Shown here piece by piece: positions 24,219-36,850 of a stretch of DNA of 64,000 nucleotides; position 1 is the first letter of the stretch, and every line of letters begins with the position of its first letter. Origin of the DNA: Mobula hypostoma. Lineage: Eukaryota. Location: contig NC_086097.1 in assembly GCF_963921235.1 (NCBI RefSeq), positions 210,492,001 through 210,556,000 of the forward strand. The letters are read 5' to 3'. Under the pieces are notes generated by a model. That model was given only the letters and a program-made list of their open reading frames with translations. It was not told where the DNA came from and did not search any database. The position numbers were made by a program, and so were the translations under genes.

Positions 24219-25330
24219 CACTCATCTGGAGAAGAAGGATGCTTATGTGAGAATGCTGTTCTTGGACTACAGTTCAGCATCCAACAACATAATTCCACCC
24301 AGGCTCGACAGGAAGCTCAGAGACCTCGGCTTTGACTCTGCCTTGTGCGGCTGGATCCTGTCAGATAGCCGGCAGGTGGATCCCTCACCTCCACCCCTCT
24401 GACTCTCAACACAGGAGTCCCTCGGGGCTGTATACCAAATCCCCTCCTTTACTCCCTGTATACCCATGACTGTGTCGCCACCCACAGCTCTAATCTGCTA
24501 ATTAAATTTCCCGACGACATTCCATTGGTTGGCCTAATCTCAAACAATAACGAGGTGGAAGTCATCTCTCTGACACAATGAAAACAACCTCTCCCTCAAT
24601 GTCGCAAAAACAAAGGAGCTGGTTGTGGATTACAGGAGGAATGGAGGTGGGTTAACCCCCTATAGACTCAATGGATCTGGGGTTGAGAGGGTAAACAGCT
24701 CTAAGTTCCTTGGCATACACATCACTGAGGATCTCGTATGGTCTGTACACACCAGCTGGGGGATGAAAAAGGCACAACAGCACCTCTTTCACCTCAGATG
24801 GTTGAGGAAGTTTGGTATGGGCCCCAAAATCCCAAGAACTTCCTACAGGAGCACAATTGAGAGCATTCTGACTGGCTGCATCACTGTCTGGTATGGGAAC
24901 TGTAAATCCCTCAATCGCAGGACTCTGCTGAGAATGGTACAGATGGCCCAGCGCATCTGTAGATGTGAACTTCCCACTATTCAGGACATTTACAAAGACA
25001 GGTGTGTAAAAAGGGCCTGAAGGATCATTGGGGACCCGAGTCACCCCAACCACAAACTGTTCCAGCTGCTACCATCTGGGAAATGGTACTGCAGCATTAA
25101 AGACAGGACTAACAGGACAGCTTCTTCCACCAGGCCATCAGACTGGTTAACTCACACTGATACAATTGTACTTCTATGCTATATTGTCTGTCCTGTTGCA
25201 CATACTATTTATTACAAATTGCTATAAATTGCTCATTGCACATTTAGATGGAGACGTAACGTAAAGATTTTTACTCCTCGTGAAGGATATAAGAGATAAA
25301 GTCAATTCAATTCAATTCAGTTCAGTTCAA
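24215..25330 (+). mobile_element. Rex1/Babar-type LINE, 5'-truncated
   Basis: HLEKKDAYVRMLFLDYSSA, KFPDD (FADD-like), ORF 24625 (KFLGIHITEDL...ESILTGCITVWYG), (TTCAA/TTCAG)n tail. Confidence 0.85.
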
Positions 25331-27058
25331 ACTGGCAGGATTGGTAATGGGACATGTTAATGGGACCCAGGCTCCCAACATGATTTGAATACTTGCAACA
25401 GATGTTTACAATCTTCACAGTAATACTTTCACTAATATGGCACAACGTGCAATTTACCCTATCATTGATAAAGACGGAAATGTAGACCATTCGGAACTTG
25501 CAGCATTGAAAAATAGGCACCACCATGCCTAATTTCTCACTGATAACTGACTGTTGCTGTTAGCCTGATTGGTTAATGCCTAATATATGCTCTGAAATAC
25601 TGACATATTTCTGGAGATTATAGCTTTTTAAATGAAAGTAAAACGAAGGTTTATAAACCAAAATTAATCCTGACTATTGACATTTATGGTTAGTTGGAAA
25701 TTCTAGGTTTACCACTGTGTGCTAGTGACGCATCCTGACACAGTAGGTTATACTCTTCTTTTAATATTGGATTCCAGCTCATTTTAACTGAAGGTCACTG
25801 GAGAGATGCTTAAATTACATAGAATTAGAATTTAAAACATATCAGTAGACAATACTGGCTTGTGAAAAAAGAGGAGAGGATCCAGGCTATTGTTAAAACA
25901 ATGTATTAGTGCATGTTGTGATGGGAAATGAACCAAAGGGTAACAACTCAATCTATTCATGCAAAGCTTATTTAAATGACAATATTAGAAATCTTTTTTA
26001 ATGCAGCCCAATGAACATCCTTCCTGATAAGAGTGCAATGTATGAAGTAGCAGCTTTTATAGGCAATGCATTCTTCAAGGAGGCTCTTAAGTTAAAATAT
26101 GTGTGTTTGATATTCTTTAGAAAATCACAGTTACCATGTGACTATAAGATATACGAGCAGAACTAGGCCATTTGGCCCATCGAGTCTGTTGTGCCATTTT
26201 GTCATGGCTGATCCATTTCCCTCTCAGCTCCAAGCTCCTGCCTTCTCCCAATATCCACTCATGCCCTGACTAATCAAGAATCAATCAACCTCTGCCTTAA
26301 ATATACCTTACGACTTGGCCTCCGCTGCTGCCGGTGGCAATGAATTCCACAAATTCACTACTCTCTGGCTAAAGAAATTCTTCTTCATTTCCATTCTAAA
26401 TGGATGTCCCTCTATTCTGAGGCTATGTCCTCTGGTCTTAGACTCCCCCACCAAAGGAAACATCCACGCTATCTAGGTATTTCAACATTCAATAGGTTTC
26501 AATGAGATACTGCTCATTCTTCTGAAATCCAGTGAATACAGGCCCAGGACTATCAGACACCTCTCATATGGTGAGCCGTTTAATCCTGGAAGCTTTTGAA
26601 CCCTCTCCAATGTCAACACATCCTTTCTAAGACAAGGGGCCCAAAACTGCTCACAATACTCAAAGTGAGGCCTCACCTATGCATTACAAAGTCTCAAAAT
26701 TACATCCTTGCTTTTATTTTCTAGTCCTTTTGAAATGAATACTAAATTTGCATTTCCCTTCCTCATCACTGCCTCAACCTGCAAATTAACCTTTAGGGAA
26801 TCCTACACAAGGACTCCCAAGTCTCTTTGCACCACTGATTTTTGAATTTTCTCCCTGTTTAGAAAATAGTACACACCTTTATTCCTTCTACCAAAGTGCA
26901 GAACCATACACATCCCGTCACCGTTTTCCATCTGCCACATCTTTGCCCATTCTCCTAATTTGCCCACATCTTTCTGTAGCCTCTCTACTTCCTCAAAACT
27001 ACCTGCCCCTTCACCTATCTTCATATTGTCTGCAAAGCCATCAGTTCCATCATCCAAA

Positions 27059-27255
27059 CAACAGGAATTCTGTAGATGCTGGAAATTCAAGCAACACACA
27101 TAAAAGTTGCTGGTGAACGCAGCAGGCCAGCCAACATCTCTAGGAAGAGGTGCAGTCGACGTTTCAGGCCGAGACCCTTCGTCAGGACTAGACGAAGAGT
27201 CTTGGCCTGAAACGTCGACTGCACCTCTTCCTAGAGATGCTGCCTGGCCTGCTAA
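27059..27255 (-). mobile_element. Young PLE fold-back insertion
   Basis: Perfect 14-bp TSD TTCCATCATCCAAA (27045-27058 / 27256-27269). Inverted arms 27121-27182 and 27191-27253. Confidence 0.9.
27153..27190 (-). ncRNA. Minimal type I hammerhead ribozyme motif with intact core
   Basis: Minus strand reads UAGUC-CUGACGA-AGG(GUCUCGG)CCU-GAAA-CGUC-GACUG: helix I, CUGANGA box, helix II, GAAA box, palindromic ACGU in place of helix III, GUC cleavage triplet. Confidence 0.75.
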
Positions 27256-27378
27256 TTCCATCATCCAAATCATTGACATATAGTGAAAAAAGCAGTCCCA
27301 ACACAGACCCCTGTGGAACACCACTAGTCACCGGCAGCCAACCAGAAAAGGCTCCATTTATTCCCAATCTTTGCTTTC

Positions 27379-29985
27379 TCAAGTCAAGTTAAGTCAAGTG
27401 AAGTTTATTGCCATTTAACTGTATCATGTATATAACATATATACATATACATATGGTTATATAATGTATAGAGAAACGAGACAATGTTTTTTCAAACCAG
27501 GGTGTAAAGCATGTAACACACATACACATGATAACTTAAGAAGGTACAGATAAAATCTACAGATGAATCACACATAACTGACAAACTAAAATGCATTAAT
27601 ATTAAAGATTAACCAGTGACACTTCAAATATGATGTGCCCAGGAATTCAGAAGCCTAATATCCTGGCGGAAGAAGCTGGTTCTCATCCCGACCATTCTGG
27701 TTTTTATGCATCACAGTCTCCTGCCTGATGGTAGAAAGTCAAAGGGGATGCTGGATGGATGGATGGGTGGGATCCTTAATAAAACTAAGGGCCCAGTATA
27801 TGCAGCACTCCTAATAAATGCCCCCACTGGATGGTAGGGAGACCCCTATGATCCTCTCAGCTGTTCTCACTGTCCTTTGTAGGGACTTCTGGTCCGATAC
27901 TCGACTGCTCCCGTACCAGATGGAGATGTAACTTGTCAGGATGCTCTCAATGGTGGTCCTGTAAAATGCAGTTAAGGTGGGGGAGGGTGGTTTGGTGGGA
28001 GCATTGCTTGCCTCAATTTTCTTAGGAAGAGGAATATTAAGGGACCAGGTGAAGTCGTCTGTTAATTTGGTGCACTTAATTCTCTATACAGGAGCCACGT
28101 ATTCACAAAGGGGATGTCACACCTTCCTGAAGTCTACAACAATTTCCTTGGTCATCTCCACATTCAGGCTCAGGTTGTTCCTCTCACACCAATCCATCAG
28201 CTGCTTAACTTCCTCTCTATACTCTATCTTGGCATCGTTCTTGATAAGGCCAACCATTGTCGTGTCATCCGCAAACTTGATGACACGGTTTGAGCTGGAT
28301 CCCGTGACACAGTCGAGCTTCAGCAGCGAGCTGAGCACACAGCCTTGTAGAGCGCCAGTGCACAGTGTAACGGGACAAGAGAAGTTGCTGCTCACACAGA
28401 CTGACTGTGGTCTTACTGTTAAGAAGTCCAGTATCCAATTGCAGAGGGAAATGTTGAGACCCAGCGAGGACAGTTTCCCCACTAGTTTGTGGGGTATGAT
28501 GGTATTGAATGCCAAACTGAAGTCTGTAAACAGCAGTCCGGCATCTGAGAGCCCATTTTCCAGGTGGGACAGGACAGAGTGGAGGGCAGAGGCTATTGCA
28601 TCGTCAGTGGATTAAATTGAGCAATAAACAAACAGGATAGGGTCCATGTAGCCAGGAGAAAGGCTTTAATGTGCTCCATAACCAGCCGCTCAAAGCATTT
28701 CATAATGGCTGATGTTAATGTCACTGGATGATAGTCATTTAGGCCGGTTACTGTCACCTCCTTTGGCACTGGAATGATGGCTGCCATCTTGAAATCTCAG
28801 GGGACAATGAATTGTCTAGGGAGCTGTTAAATATATCCGTCAGCACCTCTGTCAGCTGGGCTGTGCAGTCTTTCAGAACCCGACCTGGTATATTATCTGA
28901 CCCTGTAGCTTTGTGTTGGTTGACTCTGGCCAGGGTCTTCCTCACCTCAAGTTCAGCCAGACGGAGTATCTGCTCCTTGGGATGGGTGGGGGGAGGGGTT
29001 GCCTTCCTCGCTAGCACTTTGTTCTGCACAACAAACCAGGTATAGAAGACATTCGGCCTCTAGGGAGTGAATCATTCGGGTCACTGACACACAAGGTAGG
29101 CCTGTAACCTGCAATCTGTTGAATTCTCTGCCACACGCCCCTCATGTCTCCGGTATCGCAAATGATAAATTCTCTGAGATAAACTGTAAATTCTCTGAGA
29201 ATGATCCTATTTCGCCTTCCTGATGGAGCAGGAAAGCACAGTTCTTGCTTCCCTGTGAGCTGCCACGTCTCCCGATCTAAAAGCAGCATCACGATCCCTC
29301 AGCCTGGCATGAACCTCTGCAGTAAGCCAGAGCTTCTGATTTCCGCTCACCCAGATGTGCTTCGTGATGGTAACATCTACAGTTCACTTCTCTATGTAGC
29401 TGGTCACAGAATCAACACATCCCTTGACGTTAATATGGTCGCCATAGGTAGCAGCCTCACTGAACGTTCTCCGGTTTGATTTATTAAAGCAATCCTGCAG
29501 TGCAGAGATTGCACCCTCAGACCAGGTTTTCACCACCTTTAGAACTGGTTTGACCCGTGTGATCACTGGTTTGTATGCTGGAACTAACATTACCGTTAAG
29601 TAATCTGACAGTCCAACATGGGATCGAGGGAGTGCTTTATAAACACCTGGTATGTTAGGGTAACCCAGTCCTAGTGTACTTTCACCTCTGGTGGCGAAGT
29701 CAACAAGCTGGTGGAATTTAGGTAGGACTGTCTTTAGGTTCACATTGTTAAAACTGCCTGTGATAATGAAGATACTATCGGGGTGTTTGGTTTGAAAGTT
29801 ACTTATGGTACTGTAGAGCTCACACAGTGCCTCATCAGCATTAGCTGGTTGGGGGGGGCGGGGGGGAGGATATATACAGCTATTAAACCAATTGTAGCGG
29901 ACTCCGTCAGTATATAAAACTGTCTGTACTTCACAAAAATAAACTCAATTATTGGTGAACAATGGGAAGCCACTGCTAAATTCAA
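27379..29985 (-). mobile_element. Rex1/Babar-type LINE (endonuclease to RT, decayed) nested in CR1
   Basis: (GACTT)n tail at 27379-27405. ORFs 28117 (AFNTIIP...KFADDTT), 28593 ([20 protein letters not shown]), 28754 and 29384. Confidence 0.88.
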
Positions 29986-31989
29986 TCGGTCAGTGTTCTA
30001 TCCATGCTAGTATCCTTATTGTAATGCCATGGGCTCTTAATTTGTTAAGCAGTCTCGTGTGGTTTCTGAAAATCCAAGTACATGACATCAATTGATTCTC
30101 CTTTGTCTATCCTGCTTGTTATTTCTCCAAAGAATTCCAACAGATTTGTCAGGCAAGATTTTCCCTAAGGAAGCCAGACTGTCTTCGGCCTATTTTATCA
30201 TGCACCTCTAAGTGCCCCAAAACACTTCCTTAACATTCATCCCCCAAAATTTTTCCAACCATTGAGGTCAGACTAACCAGCCTATAATTTCCTTTCTTTT
30301 GCCTCTCTCCCTTTTTGAAGAATGGAGTGACATTTGAAATTTTCCAGACCTCCAGAACCATGCCAGAGTCTATTGATTCTTGAAAGATTATTAGTAATGC
30401 CTCCACAATCTCTTCAGTCACCTCTTTTTGAACCTTGGGGTATTAAACCATCTTGTCCAGGTGACTTACCTCTGACACTGCCAAACTTATAGCATACTGA
30501 CAGTGAATACTGATGCGAAGTATTTATTCAGTTTGTCTATCATTATCTTGTCCCCCATTACTACCCTCCAGCATCATTTTCCAGCAGTCCGATATCTACT
30601 CTCATCTCTCATTTACACTTTATATATCTGAAGATACTTTTGGTATCCTCTTTAACACTATTGGCAAGCTTACCTTCTTTTTACATCTTTTCATTCTTTA
30701 TGACTTTTTCAGTTTCCTTCTGTTTGTTTTAAAAAGTTTCCCAATTCTCTAACTTCCCACTATTGTTTGCTCTATTTCATGTCCTCTTTTTGGCTTTGAT
30801 TTCTCTTGTCAGCCACAGTTGCGTCATCCTGCCTTTAGAAAGCTTCTTCCTCTTTGGGATGTATCTATCCTGCACTTTTCGAATTGCTCCCAGAAGCTCC
30901 AGCCATTGCTGCTCTGTCGTCATCCCTGCTAGTGTTCCTTTTTAATCAATTTTGGCCAACTCCTTTCTCATGCTTTTGTAATTAACTTTATTCTACTGTA
31001 ATACTGATACATTTGACTTTAGCTTCTTCTCGAATTGCAGAGTAAATTCAATCATATTATGATCAATCCCCTAAGGGTCCTTAAACTCTCTAATTGATTC
31101 TGGTTCTTTGCACATAATCTAATCCAGAATAGTTGATCCCCTAGTGGGCTCAACCAGGAGCTGCTCTAAAAAGCCATCTCATAGACATTCTTCAAATTCT
31201 CCCTTGGGATCTGGCACCAACCTGATTTTCCCAATCTGCCTGCATATTGAAATCACCCATGACTGTCATCATATTGCCTTGCCCTTTTGACATGCATTTT
31301 CTATCTCACGTTGTAATTTGTAGACCCCATCTTTGCTGCTGTTTGGAGATCTGTATATAACTCCAATCAGTGTCTTTTTACCCTTGCAGTTTTATCCTCA
31401 ACAATTTTACACCTCTATGTTACCTCTTTATAGTGATTTCATTAAATTTTTTGTACCTACAGAGCTTCCCCAGCCCCTCTGCCTACCTGCCTGTCCTTTT
31501 GATACAATGCGTATCCTTGGATGTTAAGCTCCCAGCTGTAATCTTTTTCAGCCACAATTCAGTGATGCCCACAACGTCATACATGCCAATCTGTAACTGT
31601 GCTACAAGTCCATCAACTTTATTCCGTATAATATGTGCATTCAAATATAACACCTTCAGTCCTGTATTTATTACCCTTTCCAATTTTTACATTGCAACTC
31701 ATCCTGTTGACTGCAATTTTGCCCTACCATCACCCTCTCCTTGCTAACTTTTTCACTACGCCCTGCCTCTGTTTGTAACAAACTACCCCATTGTCAACCC
31801 CATCTCTCCGGTTTCCATCCACCTGCCAAATGAGTATAAACCCTCACGAACAAACCTGCCTGCAAGAATATTGGCCTCTCTCGGGTTCAGGTGTAACCCG
31901 TCCCTTCCTTACAGGTAATGCCTTCCCCAGAACAGATTTCAATGATCCAGAAATCTGAACCCCTGTCCCATACACCAACTCCATTGCTT

Positions 31990-34900
31990 AACAAGTGCCA
32001 GGATCAGGGATATCACAGATCGAGTCCATAGCACATGGCATTCTCAGGGGTGAGGGGAGCAGCCAGAAGTCTTGGTACATATTGTCACCAATGACATAGG
32101 TAGACAAGGTGAGGAGGTCCTGAGGAGAGACATTAGGGAGCAAGGTGGAAAGCTGAGCAACAGGACCTCCAGGGTAGTAATCTCAGGTTTGCTGCCTGTA
32201 CCATGTGTCAGTGAGGGTAAGAATAGGATAATTTGGCATGTGAATGTGTTGCTGAGGAACTGGTGCAGGGGGCACAGACATTCAGATTTATGGATCATTG
32301 GGATCTCTTCTAGGGAAGGTACGACCTCTACACATGAACCGGGGTGCAGGGGGTCCAATATCCTTTAGGGCAAATTGGCTAGAGTTGTTTGGGAGGGTTT
32401 AAACTAATTTGGCAGGGGGATGGGAAGTGGAGTGATAGTGCTGAATATGAGGTAGTTGGTTTACAAACAGAGGCAATTTGTAGTGAGGAGAGGCTGGTGA
32501 TAGGGCAAAATTGCAGTCAACAGACAAAAAGGGTGAATACAGGACTGAAGGTGTTATATTTGAAGGCGTGCAATATACAGAATAAAGTAGATGAACTTGC
32601 AGCACAGTTGAAGATAGGCAGGAATGATGTTGTAGGCATCATTGAATTATGACTGGAAGACTATAGGTGGGAGCTCATTGTCCAAGGATACACATTGTAT
32701 CAAAAGGACAGGCAGGAAGGTAGAGGGAGCGATGTTGCTCTATTGGTAAAAAATGAAATCAAATCTTTAGAAAGAGGTGACATAAGGTCAGAAGGTGTTG
32801 AATCCTTGTGGATAGAGCGAAGGAACTGCAAGGGTAAAAAGACCCTAATGGGAGTGGTATACAGACAGTAGTAAGGATGAGGCCTACACGTTACAACAGG
32901 AGATAGAAAATATATGCCAAAAGGGAAATATTACAATAGTCATAGGGGATTTCAATATAAGTGTAGATTGGAAACAAATCAGGTTGGTGCTGGAGTCCAA
33001 GCGGGGGAATTTCTAGAGTGCCTATGAGATGGCTCTTTAGAGCAGCTCATGGTTGAGCCACTGAGGGGTCAGCTATTCTGGATTGGGTATTGTGCAATGA
33101 ACTGAAATTGATTAGAGAGCTTAAGGTAAAAGAACCATTAGGGTACAGTGATCACAATATGATTGAATTGACCCTGAAATTTGAGAAGGGGAAACTAAAG
33201 TCAGATATATCAGTATTAGGTGGAGCAAAGGGAATTACAGAGGTATGAGAGAGGATTTAGTTGGCTAAAACTGATTGGAAAACAATACCGACAGGGATGA
33301 CAGCAGAGCAGCAATGGCTGAAATTTCTGGAAGCAATTCAGAAGGCACAGGATATATACATCCCAGAGAGGAAGTAGTATTCTAAAGGCAAGATGACACA
33401 ACTGTGGCTAACAGGAGAAGACATAGCCAACATAAAAGCTAAATAGAGGGAATATAATAGAGCAAAATTAGTGGGAAGTTAGATGATTGGGAAGCTTTCA
33501 GATACCAACTAAGGACAACTAAAAAAGTCATTAAGAAGGTAAAGATGGAATACAAAAAATAAGCTAGCCAACAAGATTAAAGAACATACAAAACGGTTTC
33601 TTCGGATACATAAAGTGTAAAAGAGGGACAACAGTGGATATTGGACTGCTGGAAAATGATGCTGGAGAGGTAGTAATGAGGGGCATGGAAATGGTTTACA
33701 AACTGAATAAGTATTTTGCATCAGTGTTCACTGTGGAAGACATGTGTAATATGTTGGAAGTTCCAGCTGTCAAGGGTAATGAAGTGTGTGAAGTTACCAT
33801 TATGAGAGAAAAGGCTCTTGGGAAACTGAAAGGTCTGAAGGTAAGTCACCTGGACCAGATAGTGTATACCCCCATGTTCTGAAAATGGCGGCCCAAGCGA
33901 TTGTGGAGGCATTAGGAATGATCTTTCAACAATTACAAAATTCTGCAATGGGTCCAGAAGAATGAAAAATTGCAAATGTCACTTCTCTCTTCAAGAAGGG
34001 AGAGAGGCAGAAGAAAGAAAATTATAGACCAGTTCGTCTGACCTCAGTGGTTGGGAAGATGTTGGAGTTGATTGTTAAGGATGCGGTTTCAGGGCACTTG
34101 GAGGAACATGATAAAATAGACCAGTTGTTAAGCACACGGTTTCAGGGCACCTGGAGGCACATGATAAAATAGGCCACAGTCAGGATAGTTACATCAAGGG
34201 AAAATCTTGCTTGCCATATCTGTTGCAATTCGTTGAAGAAATAATAAGCTGAGTGGCAGGAGGCAAAGAGTGAGAATAAAGGGAGCCTTTTCTGGTTGGC
34301 TACCGGTGGTGTTTCACAGGGGTCTGTGTTGGGACGATTTGTTTTTATGTTATATGTCAATGTTTTGGATGATGAAGTTGATGGCTTTGTTGCAAAGTTT
34401 GCAGATGATATGAAGATAGGTGGGGTAGCTTTGAGGAAGTAGAGGGGCTTCAGGACTTAGACAGATTAGGAGAATGGGCAAAGAAGTGACAGATGAAATA
34501 CAATGTTGGGAACTGTATGATCATGCACTTTGGTAGAAGAAATGGAAGGGTTGACTATTTTCCAAATGGAGAGAAAGTACAAAAAAACTGGGGAGCAAAG
34601 GGATTTGGGATCCTTGTGCAGGGTTCCCTAAAGGTTAATTTGCAGGTTGAGTCTGCACTGAGGAAGGCAAACATAATGTTATCATTCAATTCAAGCGGAC
34701 TAGAATATAAAGTTAAGTATGCAATGTTGAAACTTTATGAAGCACTGGTGAGCACTGGCTTGGAGTATTCTGAACAGTTTTGGGCCCCTTAGGCAGGATG
34801 TAGTGATACTGGAGAAGCTTCAAAGGAGGATCACAAAAATAATTCAAGGATTGAATGGTTTGTCATATGATGAGCACTTGATGGCTCTGGGCCTATATTC

Positions 34901-35230
34901 ACTAGAATTCAGAAGAATGAGGGGTGGCCTAATTGACCCCGATTGAATCGTGAAATGTCTTGATAGAGTAGATGTGGAGAAAGTCTAAGACCAGGGGACA
35001 TAGCCTCAGAGTGTCCTTTTAGAATGGAGGTGAGGAGGAATTTCTTTGGCCAGTGAATGGTGAATCTGTGAATTTCTTTGCCAATGGCAACCACAGGCAG
35101 AGGATGATAGATTCTTGATAGGTCAGGGATACAGGCAGAAGACTGGAGATTGGGGCTGAGAGGAAAATAGGATTGGTCATGATGAAATGGCATAGTAGAC
35201 TTGATGTTCTGCTCCTATATTATATGGTTT
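31990..35230 (+). mobile_element. Long decayed CR1 LINE (ORF1 esterase remnant, endonuclease, RT, 3' UTR)
   Basis: ORF 32072 (VHIVTNDIGR...VVISGLLPVP, SGNH-like), 32389 (LKVLYLKA), 33634, 34493, and a CR1-type 3' UTR. Confidence 0.85.
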
Positions 35231-36310
35231 GAAAAGAGAAGTTAAAATTGCTCTATCATTGGAAACCACAGCCAGTGACACAATTGAGTTGTAGTCAGGA
35301 ATGAAAATGACCACAAACAACATTACAACATCTGAACAGGAACCAACCTGGTCAAAGCAAATTGTCTTATCTTTGTTGCAGGGTCTCACATACACCAGAC
35401 CAATGCAGGTTTAAAGGTGAAATATGCAAAAAATGCAAGAATGTTGGACACAAAGAGCATGTCAGCTGGACAAAAATAAATAGTCTGCATAGGGAAGAGA
35501 TAAAGATAAAGAGTCAAGTTGCAGTTTCAAAACGGGCACTAATCTGTATGCTGTTGATGAAAAATATGATATTGATGAGAATGATACAGGACTGGGTAGC
35601 TTTGAGATTTACAATGTCAAACTAACAAGAGACAAGCAATGTGGCTTACACTAGTAGTGAATGGCAAATTCATTAAAATGGAATTGGACACCAGCTCGGC
35701 TGTTTGAGTTAGTTCATGAAATGAGTTTGAATGGCATTTCAGAGACTAGAATTTGATTGGAAATCCACCCACCATTTGCATACCTAAACCCCTGCAACAG
35801 ATCAATTGTAAGCAAACTAAGAAAGGTACTGGGTGATGCTACAGCAGTTTTCAAGGTTGACATTGGAAAACTCAATCATATCAAGGGTAAAATAGTTTTA
35901 AATGAAAATGCAACACCCAAGTTTTGCGAAGCCTGTTCAGTTCCATATACCATCTGTGATAAAATAACCAGTGAGCTATATTGCACAGAGGCTGAAGGAA
36001 TTCTTTCCAAGGTTGAGTGGAGCCCATTGGCAAAACCAGTGGTCCTAGTACCCAAGAAGGATAGGTTTGTCAACATGTGTGGTGATCTTAAAATCACCAT
36101 TAACCCAGTACTGAAAGTAGATCAATACTCTCTGCCCAGGATAGAGGACATCTCTGAAATCCTCTCCGGAGGACTTATTGAGGCTTACCTACAGATGGAG
36201 ATGGAAGAAGAGTCCAAAGTGTTTCTTGCCATATAGTCACAAAGGTGCATTTATTGCTATAATAGCCTAATTTTTGGAGTAGCACCTGCTCCTGCACTCT
36301 GACAGGAATG
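35230..36310 (+). mobile_element. Old Gypsy gag/protease/RT fragment without LTRs
   Basis: Knuckle-like CKKCKNVGH, MELDTS (protease), ORF 35757 (PVVLVPKKD...MCGDLKITINPVLKVDQYSLPRIEDI). Confidence 0.75.
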
Positions 36311-36519
36311 TACCAAGAATTCAGTTGTGTATCTGTGGTCTGCATTAGCAAAGTCCATTGCAGAAGAATGGATCATTCTAGAAAGCTGGCAACATTGGTA
36401 GCATTGTCCTTTCAGGCTTCAGCTCTTCATGCTTGGTTCTTTCCACTTGCACATCCTGTCTCTGAGCAATCTTTAAAATTACACACTATGTCCTATTAAA
36501 GGTGATGGCTGATGACTGA

Positions 36520-36850
36520 TCAGAATCAGGTTTATTATCTCCAGCATGTGATGTGAAATTTGTTAACTTAGCAGCAGCAGTTCAATGCAATACATAATAT
36601 AGAAGAGAGAGAATCAATCAATTACAGTATACATATATTGAATAGAAGAACATGCAGAAAACAATTACTGTATATTAAAAAAGTGAGGTAGTGTCCAAAG
36701 GTTCAATGTCAATTTGGGAATCAGATGGCAGAGGGGAAGAAGCTGTTCCTGAATCACTGAGTGTGTGCCTTCAGGCTTTTGTACCTCCTACCTGACAGTA
36801 ACAGTGAGAAAAAGGCCTGCCCTGAGTGCTGGAGGTCATTAATAATGGAT
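36520..36850 (-). mobile_element. Rex1/L2-like LINE 3' fragment
   Basis: Reverse complement of the 5745-5890 tail, plus coding remnant (GGAAGAAGCTGTTCCTGAA). Confidence 0.65.

Larger units (their letters stand above)
26140..31985 (-). mobile_element. Long decayed CR1 LINE interrupted by a PLE hairpin and a Rex1-type LINE
   Basis: 3' UTR at 26140. RT remnants in ORFs 26482, 27188 and 30230. Endonuclease N-terminus LKVLYLNA (ORF 31483). Sequence resumes at ~29985 after the Rex insert. Confidence 0.85.

Noticed and set aside
27977..28615. 212-aa plus-strand ORF, and similar ORFs at 9139, 9439, 16090 and 58709
   Set aside because: Antisense shadows of retroelement coding regions.
34084..34180. 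~40-bp direct repeat with a short spacer, superficially CRISPR-like
   Set aside because: Only two copies, a local duplication inside a CR1 RT remnant, in eukaryotic context with no cas genes.
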